DNA of 24,000 nt from Clostridium gelidum (GCF_019977655.1 NZ_AP024849.1:3277684-3301683); one strand, 5' to 3'. Shown: positions 1-6,283, counted from the stretch's first letter. The notes: a model not told the origin generated them from the sequence alone. A program made the numbers and translations.

Positions 1-885
1 GGGCTTATAGGTATAATCTACACATATTCTATTTAACTGAGCAGGATTATCATTTCTATCAGCATAACCTCTTTCAATAGTAAATCCCATAGAATATCCT
101 GCCTCCAAAGTTGCTTTTTTAGTATCCTTATTAAACTTTCCTTCTGGATAAGCAATTGAAATAACAGGCTTACCAGTTATATTTTCTATTGTGTCTTTAG
201 AATTTTTAAGTTCTTTAAGTTGATCTTTATAGGACAAAGTAGAAAGCTTAACATGAGAAACTGTATGAGATTCTATATCAATTCCATAGTCACTCATTTC
301 TTTTATTTCTTCAGCTGTCAAATATGAATCCCGATTTAAATAACTTGATATAACAAAAATTGTTGCATTCATATTAAATTCCTTTAAAATTGGAAATGCA
401 TTATTATAATTATCCCTATACCCATCATCAAAGCTTATAACTACACTTTTCTCTGGCATTGACTTGTCTTTAAATAAATAATCGTTAAGTTCAGCCATTG
501 TTAATGTTATATATCCAGAATCTTTAATGATTTTAAGTTGTTCTCTAAATTTTTCCTTAGACATAGTAATTGAATTTTTCTTTAAAGGATCTGAGTTTAT
601 AGAATGATAGCAAAGTACTGGTACTCCTCTATTATCATTTATTACAGAAATGCCCTCAAATTGGTCTACCCCTTTCTCCGAAACTTTTTCACTAGCTTTT
701 TCAGAAGTTTCTTTTTGATCATTTTCTTGATTAAATGTCACATTTGAAGAAATCTTTACTCTTTGATTAATACTAATTATAAAAGCAATGCTTACTACAG
801 CTATGAATAATATTAATTTAGTTAATATTATAAAAATAGTTCTTTTATTTTTCTTATTTTTTATATTACACTTTGTTCTTTTCAT
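1..885 (-). CDS. Polysaccharide deacetylase (NodB-homology / CE4 family), N-terminal membrane anchor; C-terminus runs off the window start
   Basis: Absent from the ORF track because it is open at the window edge. I translated the minus strand myself from ATG 885..883, with SD GGGAG 6 nt upstream. It gives MKRTKCNIKNKKNKRTIFIILTKLILFIAVVSIAFII (TM anchor), then VPVLCYHSI, VVISFDDGYRDNY and DIESHTVSH, which are typical CE4 deacetylase motifs. The frame stays open to base 1. Confidence 0.8.
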   Translation of the reverse strand, partial: MKRTKCNIKNKKNKRTIFIILTKLILFIAVVSIAFIISINQRVKISSNVTFNQENDQKETSEKASEKVSEKGVDQFEGISVINDNRGVPVLCYHSINSDPLKKNSITMSKEKFREQLKIIKDSGYITLTMAELNDYLFKDKSMPEKSVVISFDDGYRDNYNNAFPILKEFNMNATIFVISSYLNRDSYLTAEEIKEMSDYGIDIESHTVSHVKLSTLSYKDQLKELKNSKDTIENITGKPVISIAYPEGKFNKDTKKATLEAGYSMGFTIERGYADRNDNPAQLNRICVDYTYKP

Positions 886-1090
886 ATATATCTCCCTAGA
901 AATAAAATATCTTTTTTTATAAATGACGTTATTTTTAATTATCACATGTTTAATGCTATCATACTTTTCCATAATTTTCCATAGTATGGTAAGTCATTTT
1001 AATTTGTATCCATCTTAATAAATAACTTTTTAACTTGTGCATTAATACAAGAAATTTTCCTATGTATAAAAATCTATAAATTTCTACAAC

Positions 1091-1151
1091 AAAAAAAGAA
1101 AAAAATAGTGATAGTAAAACAAGAATTTCTTCTGTCTATACTATCCCTATT
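1091..1151 (-). terminator. Rho-independent terminator downstream of the recombinase remnant
   Basis: Arms 1104-1116 (AATAGTGATAGTA) and 1139-1151 (TACTATCCCTATT) pair at 12/13 positions, with extra inner pairing. On the minus strand the hairpin is followed by TTTTTCTTTTTTT (plus A-run 1091-1103). Confidence 0.6.
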
Positions 1152-1375
1152 TATGTACTGGCTTATTTGTGCAATTTAGCCTTATATATTATATCATATT
1201 ATTTAACTATAAATGTTTGAATTACATAAAAAAGATTTGATCACAAAATCATAACTAATGCTATCAGACTAAAATTTATTCTACTATTAAAATCGTCTAA
1301 AAAAGATTAAGATTTACTCTTAACCTTCTTGATTTTCTATTTAAGTATTTAGTTAAATAAAGTTTATTACCCCCG

Positions 1376-1765
1376 CTAATAGATATTTATTCCCTCAAGT
1401 ATGAAGTCAACGTTTGTTCCTGTCATTTCAATATTATTTGTAAGTGCTTTTTTATAAGTTGATGTATTTATATGTGGCTCTTTTAAAAATACAAGTTCAA
1501 TGTGCTTGTTCAATAATTCCTCATACATTGAATATCCTTCATCAGCATTTCTACTCATACGACTTACACTATCAAATACAATTAAATCACCTTCATTAAC
1601 CTTACTTATTAGCTTTTTAAATTCCCTTCTACCTTCCACCTTAGTTCCTGTAAATACTTCACTTATAATTGTTGCATTTGGATAGACTGATAAGATATTT
1701 CTATGTTGTCTTTCAATCTACTGGGAAATTTTTGATATTCTACAGTATCCATATATTTTACACAT
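1376..1765 (-). pseudogene. Small serine recombinase (resolvase/invertase family) pseudogene: in-frame TAG at codon 16 and loss of the C-terminal HTH domain
   Basis: ATG 1765..1763 with SD AGGTGA. The translation is MCKIYGYCRISKISQ*IERQHRNILSVYPNATIISEVFTGTKVEGRREFKKLISKVNEGDLIVFDSVSRMSRN...INIY*. YxRxS (nucleophile Ser) and D-S-V-S-R-x-S-R are signatures of the resolvase catalytic domain. The TAG is at 1720..1718, in the same frame as track ORF 1376..1639. Total length is ~129 codons versus ~180-200 aa for intact family members, and there is no DNA-binding domain. Confidence 0.85.
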
Positions 1766-1780
1766 TATTATCACCTCATA

Positions 1781-1824
1781 TTGAGAGTATCAATTTTGAC
1801 GACCGTTTCTTTTGATACTCTTAA
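1781..1824. repeat. Inverted repeat TTGAGAGTATCAA-N18-TTGATACTCTTAA just upstream of the recombinase start; candidate recombinase binding (res-like) site
   Basis: Arms 1781-1793 and 1812-1824 are complementary at 12/13 positions. The spacer has a GC-rich core, GACGACCG. The 11-mer CTTTTGATACT (1809-1819) recurs exactly at 1882-1892. Confidence 0.5.
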
Positions 1825-1897
1825 TATTTCAGTTATTTTATACTTTGTCAATAACTTCTAATACTTTTTTAATCAATATTACTTTTGATACTATTTT

Positions 1898-1925
1898 TGA
1901 ACCTTCTAAATTTCAAGAAGGTTCA
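1898..1925. repeat. Perfect 10-bp inverted repeat (hairpin) TGAACCTTCT-N8-AGAAGGTTCA, function unknown
   Basis: Arms 1898-1907 and 1916-1925 are exact reverse complements. Neither strand has a T-tract after the hairpin, so it is not a canonical terminator. Confidence 0.5.
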
Positions 1926-2020
1926 GTTCCACTTGCTCCAATAAAAATAAGCATTTAAACCTTTTAAGTTATTATACGATCATGATGTGGACTAGGATCA
2001 TAGTAAATAGGTAGAGAAAC

Positions 2021-2056
2021 AAAATAAAACCAGGGCTTATTCTTAAACCCTGGTTT
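2021..2056 (-). terminator. Rho-independent terminator after the mini-cistron
   Basis: Stem AAACCAGGG (2027-2035) pairs with CCCTGGTTT (2048-2056) around a 12-nt loop. On the minus strand it is followed by TTTTATTTT. Confidence 0.7.
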
Positions 2057-2092
2057 CATGTGAAAATAAGTGTAATTATGGGGATTTAAAAG

Positions 2093-2140
2093 TTATTTTT
2101 GGAGTAATCCCCAATAATCATCTTCAAAATCGTTTCCCAT
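2093..2140 (-). CDS. 15-codon mini-ORF MGNDFEDDYWGLLQK (hypothetical; may be a leader peptide, a small protein or a gene remnant)
   Basis: Strong SD GAGGTGA (2152..2146) lies 5 nt before ATG 2140. The stop TAA (2095..2093) sits in the loop of a hairpin (2079-2086 / 2106-2113), and the terminator follows at 2027-2056. An in-frame upstream ATG at 2158 has no SD. I recognise no homology. Confidence 0.3.
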   Translation of the reverse strand: MGNDFEDDYWGLLQK

Positions 2141-2456
2141 GACAATCACCTCTTTCATGTATTATTGTGTGCAGTATTAAATTAAATATACCAATATTCC
2201 TACTGGTAAGTTATTCCACAAACAAAACTAACGCATATAAAATCATATTTAAGTATCCTAGACAGCTAATGAAATTAATTACGCCTATTTATCTATACCC
2301 AAGACTTTAAATTGTCTACAATCTTTATGCCTGTAATCATATGATTAATAGACACTGATTTATGGTTGTTACAATTATAAGATATAGTGCCAGTTCTTAT
2401 TGCTCTATGTAATATAAACTCTCTCAAGATAAAAGGCATAATTATAAAATATAAAT

Positions 2457-3680
2457 TTAATAATTTAATATAAAATCGGCAGCTTTAGCCGCACCGCCAC
2501 AGCTTTTTATTTTGTCTGAATATATCTTGAGATTTTGTTTAGATGCATTGTCTTTAATAATTTCTCTACATGTTTTTAAAAGAAATTCCTTATTAAAATT
2601 ATTCATGCCTGAATTTAATGCACAGCCTATTTCAGAAGCTTTTTCGGCATTAAAATAACGTTCGAAATGTTTTCCAGGAAAAATAATTGAAGGCACTTCA
2701 TTTTCAATGCATTGTACAGTGGTATTTTGGCCGCCATGATGAATAGCTATATCTGTCATTTTTATAACCTTATCTGATGGAACCATATTCATAAAGTGTA
2801 CATTACTAGTATTAGAGCTCACACTGCTTTTAAATCTAGGGTTTCCTCCTGCTGTGACCATAACATCAAATTCCGAGCCTAAAAATGTGTCTAAAATCAC
2901 CTTTTGATATACCTCCGGCGTTATTTCGCCAGCACTTAAATATACGTATATTAGTGGGCGCTTCTTTTCAAAGTTAAAATCTGATTTTATAAAATTCTTA
3001 GGTGTCACTGAGCCTAAAAAAATATATTTTGAACTGTCTTTTAAATCCTCCAGTTCAGGTATGCTTGGAACGAAAACTTTGCTACAGTTATAGTCTTGAT
3101 TAAGTTCGCATATGTTTTCTATAGTTTTTAAATTTAAAGTCCTTAAGAGTTCATTATAATCTTCTGCATATCCGTATTCAGTTTTATTAGAAAATCCAAA
3201 GTAAGAGAAGTCTTTCTTGCCTGGAGTACCACCTGTACAAAAATATGGTATGTCCATTTTCTTTGCAACTATAGGCATGACTGTTTCAAATTCGCCGAAT
3301 ATCAGATCTGGCTTAAAACTTTGTACTAATTCCATTTCTTCTTTAAAGGTATTTTGCACATATTCTTTGGAAATAAGGCCTTTAAGCCTTATTACATCAC
3401 ATACACTGCTGATAGAGAAATTAGGTTGTGATAAATTGCCTTTAATATCGTTATTGCTGCCTTGCTTAAGCAACTTTTGCATATCAAACTTAGGTTTATA
3501 TCCTTGTACCACTTCATATCCACAGGATGCGGCATAATCTGCTTCTCTTCCTGCAGCTCTAAATATTATACTGCAATCTTTCTGTCTTTTCTTTATCTCA
3601 TCTGCTATGGCAATTAATCTGGTTATACTTCCTAAAGCTTCAATAGATGCTATTCCAGGAGCAAATAATATTTTTTTCAA
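2457..3680 (-). CDS. GT1-family (GT-B fold) UDP-glycosyltransferase, MGT/OleD/YjiC-like
   Basis: 407-aa ORF. The start is TTG (3680..3678) with SD AGGAG 8 nt upstream. The C-terminal nucleotide-sugar motif reads DIAIHHGGQNTTVQCIENEVPSIIFPG...NAEKASEIG (compare HHGGxGT...GVP...P...NA in macrolide-type GT1 enzymes). The N-terminus, KKILFAPG..., matches the Rossmann start of GT1. Confidence 0.8.
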   Translation of the reverse strand: MKKILFAPGIASIEALGSITRLIAIADEIKKRQKDCSIIFRAAGREADYAASCGYEVVQGYKPKFDMQKLLKQGSNNDIKGNLSQPNFSISSVCDVIRLKGLISKEYVQNTFKEEMELVQSFKPDLIFGEFETVMPIVAKKMDIPYFCTGGTPGKKDFSYFGFSNKTEYGYAEDYNELLRTLNLKTIENICELNQDYNCSKVFVPSIPELEDLKDSSKYIFLGSVTPKNFIKSDFNFEKKRPLIYVYLSAGEITPEVYQKVILDTFLGSEFDVMVTAGGNPRFKSSVSSNTSNVHFMNMVPSDKVIKMTDIAIHHGGQNTTVQCIENEVPSIIFPGKHFERYFNAEKASEIGCALNSGMNNFNKEFLLKTCREIIKDNASKQNLKIYSDKIKSCGGAAKAADFILNY

Positions 3681-3848
3681 ATTAACATCTCCTCTAATTA
3701 AATTTTTTTTATCCCATTTATGAAAAAATCACTATGGATAAATTCTGTTGCCGATTTATAATCAATATATTTAAAATAACCTTTCTTTATATATGAAGAC
3801 AAACATCCTAAATAATAATATAATTGTAAAATTTATTAGTGTATAATA

Positions 3849-3871
3849 GACTACTATATATTATAGTAGTC
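3849..3871. promoter_or_regulatory. Palindromic operator candidate (site B) GACTACTATA-TAT-TATAGTAGTC upstream of the glycosyltransferase
   Basis: Perfect 10-bp arms with a 3-bp spacer. It shares 9-bp half-sites and the same spacer length with the palindrome in the padR promoter (4471-4495). It also contains a perfect minus-strand TATAAT. Confidence 0.55.
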
Positions 3872-3889
3872 GGTCAAAAAAAATGTCTC
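3860..3889 (-). promoter_or_regulatory. Candidate sigma-A promoter for the glycosyltransferase
   Basis: Minus strand: -35 GAGACA (3889..3884, 4/6), 18-nt spacer, -10 TATAAT (3865..3860, 6/6). It would give a ~170-nt leader. The -35 is weak and lies inside the padR terminator stem. Confidence 0.35.
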
Positions 3890-3915
3890 ACAATATAAGG
3901 ATTTATTTGAGACAT
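3876..3915 (-). terminator. Rho-independent terminator of padR
   Basis: On the minus strand, ATGTCTCA (3915..3908) pairs with TGAGACAT (3890..3883) around a 17-nt loop, followed by a run of 7 T. Confidence 0.7.
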
Positions 3916-3922
3916 CAAATTA

Positions 3923-4450
3923 TTAATTATAATAATCAAAAACTTTTTCCGACCATTTTTGTAAAACGTTATAAAATTCGTTATATAGATCTAATATAAG
4001 CAATTCAGAACCAGATTTTTCATTCTGCTGTTTTGAGTGATTATAAATTGGCTCCACAAACGCTCTACGTTCTTCTGCCTTATCTTTGAAGTTTTTAAGG
4101 TATTCTTTTCTTTTTTCTTCTGGTAAATTTTCTATATTAACTAAAAATGCATTAAAGTCTAAATAAATATTTCCTATATTTTTTGAACTTTCTTCCATTA
4201 GTTCAATGAAATATGAATTTCCTTTTTCGTTCAGTGAATATAATGTTTTTTCGGGCATTTCACCTTCTTTAACAGTTCTTGAATTTAAATATCCATTATC
4301 ACATAATTTAATTATATTTTTATAAACCGACGGATTGCTGATTTTTAGCCACTTAGTAAGATTCCAAATATCAAATTCCTTAACCATTTCATAGGCACTT
4401 TTCTCTTTGCGCTGCAAATAGCCAAGTATTATTAAATTTATTGAAGACAA
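3923..4450 (-). CDS. padR: PadR-family transcriptional regulator (PadR-1 type with C-terminal dimerisation domain)
   Basis: Winged-helix signature LIILGYLQRKEKSAYEMVKE...W...SNPSVYKNIIKLCDNGYL...KTLYSLNEKG. The track ORF starts at ATG 4465, which has no SD. I prefer TTG 4450, which is preceded by GGTGGTGAT (one mismatch to GGAGGTGAT) at ideal spacing. Confidence 0.88.
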   Translation of the reverse strand: MSSINLIILGYLQRKEKSAYEMVKEFDIWNLTKWLKISNPSVYKNIIKLCDNGYLNSRTVKEGEMPEKTLYSLNEKGNSYFIELMEESSKNIGNIYLDFNAFLVNIENLPEEKRKEYLKNFKDKAEERRAFVEPIYNHSKQQNEKSGSELLILDLYNEFYNVLQKWSEKVFDYYN

Positions 4451-4470
4451 TTTAATCACCACCATTTATT

Positions 4471-4495
4471 ATACTGCTATAAAGTATAGTAGTAT
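4471..4495. promoter_or_regulatory. Palindromic operator candidate (site A) ATACTGCTATA-AAG-TATAGTAGTAT in the padR promoter
   Basis: 11-bp arms complementary at 10/11 positions, 3-bp spacer. It overlaps the -10 hexamer and the predicted transcription start of padR. Its half-site core is the same as site B. Confidence 0.6.
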
Positions 4496-4511
4496 ATGAT
4501 ATATTTGTCAA
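4483..4511 (-). promoter_or_regulatory. Sigma-A promoter of padR
   Basis: Minus strand: TTGACA (4511..4506, 6/6), 17-nt spacer, TATACT (4488..4483, 5/6). Confidence 0.65.
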
Positions 4512-4555
4512 TATAGAACTTGGTACTATTAGAACCGTGACATGTTATAGATTTA

Positions 4556-4819
4556 TTAAGTTTTGCTCTTATGCAATATTTCTTTATTTCGCCTATTCTT
4601 ATTCCTGTATCCATAAGAAGTTGTAATATTACAACGTTTTGTAGCTACTTTAAGCAGTGTAAAAATATTAACTTCATCAGCTAAATATTTTGCAAACAAC
4701 TTTAATGTACCTTCATATGATTTCATAGTTTTTTTAGTTGAATCTTTATTTGTATAATGAATCATAAAATCATTAATACTTTCATTAAAATCGTAAATTC
4801 TTTTACTAATTTTAGGCAT
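4556..4819 (-). pseudogene. Tyrosine recombinase (phage-integrase family) remnant, split over two reading frames and truncated
   Basis: ATG 4819 with SD GGAGGTG (4837..4831). Frame 1 gives MPKISKRIYDFNESINDFMIHYTNKDSTKKTMKSYEGTLKLFAKYLADEVNI, an N-terminal SAM-like core-binding domain. The +1 frame at 4635..4585 reads VVILQLLLMDTGIRIGEI, the box I motif with the catalytic Arg. Nothing after that resembles the rest of the catalytic domain, and the padR promoter begins at ~4511. Confidence 0.8.
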
Positions 4820-4963
4820 AAAAAATAAGACACCTCCAAACCAATTTTTGTTAAAACTGATTAAGTGATGTCTTATTGACACTTTTAATGTTTATAGGTA
4901 TAAAATAATATTTGTTGGCTATACTTTATAAAGGTTACATACCCTCATCCCAGTAAAACAGCC

Positions 4964-5785
4964 CTAGCTAACTTTATTTTGTAATCTTAATTTATCAGCA
5001 ATAATTGCGATAAATTCACTATTAGTAGGTTTGCCTTTATCTCCATGAATAGTATATCCAAATAGTCTATTAATAGCTTCTACTTGACCTCTACCCCAGG
5101 CTACTTCTATTGCATGTCTTATTGCTCTTTCTACTCTTGAAGCTGTTGTGTTATACTTCTTAGCTATTGAAGGGTATAATTCTTTAGTTACTGCTGATAA
5201 TAATTCCATATCGCCAACAACCATAGTTATAGCTTCTCTTAAATACATATATCCTTTTATATGAGCTGGTACGCCAACTTCATGTATGATATTAGTTATT
5301 TCTGTTTCTAAATCCATAGGTACCTTCGTTCTATTTTCATTTGATGAAGATATCACTGATGATGATTGATATGAAGATCTTAAACTTGTTGCTTGAGATG
5401 TAACACCATTAAACATCTCTCTTATTCTCTTAGTGAATACTTCCATATCAAAAGGTTTTACAGTATAATAATCTGCACCAAGTGTTATAGCTTGTTGAGT
5501 GATTTTATCTTGCCCAACTGCAGATAAAATTATTATTCTTGGAACTTTTTCTAATTCCATAGTATTTAATCTTTCAAGAACACCTAATCCATCTAAATGT
5601 GGCATTATAATGTCTAGAATAACTAAATCAGGCTTTTTTTCTACTATTAATTCTAAAGCCTCTCTACCATCTTTTGCAATTCCTGTAACAACTATATCTC
5701 TTTGATTTAATAGATAGTCATTTAAAATACTACAAAATTCCTTGTTATCGTCAGCAATTAGTACAGATATTTTTGAATCTTCCAT
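4964..5785 (-). CDS. spo0A: Spo0A, master sporulation response regulator
   Basis: Receiver domain [12 protein letters not shown]...[14 protein letters not shown]. Spo0A-specific C-terminal effector domain [18 protein letters not shown]...[16 protein letters not shown] prefer ATG 5785 (MEDSKISV) because the SD AGGAGAGGGG lies just upstream of it; the track's ATG 5809 lies upstream of that SD. Confidence 0.97.
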   Translation of the reverse strand: MEDSKISVLIADDNKEFCSILNDYLLNQRDIVVTGIAKDGREALELIVEKKPDLVILDIIMPHLDGLGVLERLNTMELEKVPRIIILSAVGQDKITQQAITLGADYYTVKPFDMEVFTKRIREMFNGVTSQATSLRSSYQSSSVISSSNENRTKVPMDLETEITNIIHEVGVPAHIKGYMYLREAITMVVGDMELLSAVTKELYPSIAKKYNTTASRVERAIRHAIEVAWGRGQVEAINRLFGYTIHGDKGKPTNSEFIAIIADKLRLQNKVS

Positions 5786-5855
5786 GTTATCCCCTCTCCT
5801 TTTGTCCATTCTTAAATTATGTTTCGTATTTTAGCCTTTTACCCTTATAAAATAT

Positions 5856-5864
5856 ATTATATCA
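5856..5864 (-). promoter_or_regulatory. Candidate extended -10 element (TGATATAAT) upstream of spo0A
   Basis: Minus-strand TGATATAAT at 5864..5856, ~70 nt upstream of the start. There is no good -35. I found no clear sigma-H motif by eye. Confidence 0.3.
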
Positions 5865-6245
5865 CATTCCAATATTACATATATATATTGTTTTTACAAA
5901 ATTCTGTAAAAACTTTTCATTATTTGGGTATGTACAGTTTTTTTATAATTATTATACTTTATATTAATACATTTCACTTTAACTAAATATTTTAAATGTT
6001 TAATTGTTTTAATGTATTTATATTCCACTATTTGTAAATTATACACTTTTCTTCTCAAGAAGTAAATAGTTTCTTAAAAAATACTTTAAAGTATTTTTTT
6101 AAATAAAATGTAACTATTATTTCCTTAATTCTCAATTATTAATTGAATATATATTTATTATATAATTATATCTCTTTTTCTACAATGTTTATAAGATAAG
6201 CTTCTTAAAAGATTTATTATTATTTCTTATAAATACAAATTAATA

Positions 6246-6283
6246 CACAATGCACATTATTTAATTATAAATTGTGCATTGTG
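6246..6283 (-). terminator. Terminator of spoIVB
   Basis: Perfect 11-bp stem CACAATGCACA / TGTGCATTGTG with a 16-nt loop, starting 10 nt after the spoIVB stop. It is followed by a T-rich stretch on the minus strand. Confidence 0.55.

Noticed and set aside
923-1018. 31-aa hydrophobic plus-strand ORF (MTLFLIITCLMLSYFSIIFHSMVSHFNLYPS) considered as a type I toxin
   Set aside because: No SD before the ATG, no obvious promoter or antisense RNA partner structure, and it lies in the deacetylase promoter region. It is most likely a chance ORF.
1718-1720. In-frame TAG in the recombinase as a recoded (pyrrolysine or read-through) codon
   Set aside because: No pyl genes or recoding signals are in view, and the gene is also C-terminally truncated. 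Simple nonsense decay is the more economical explanation.
1781-1824. Invertible (phase-variable) promoter switch driven by the adjacent serine recombinase
   Set aside because: The inverted arms are only 18 bp apart, too short for an invertible segment. I found no distant partner repeat, and the recombinase is dead.
2293-2439. 48-aa minus-strand ORF (MPFILREFILHRAIRTGTISYNC...) just downstream of the glycosyltransferase
   Set aside because: No SD and no motif I recognise. It could be a fragment of former element cargo, but I cannot support a call.
2093-3680. Idea that the 15-aa peptide is a substrate for the neighbouring glycosyltransferase (glycocin-like system)
   Set aside because: The peptide has no Cys, Ser or Thr acceptor residues and no leader or double-Gly motif. 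Known glycocin transferases are GT2, not GT1. No transporter or immunity genes are present.
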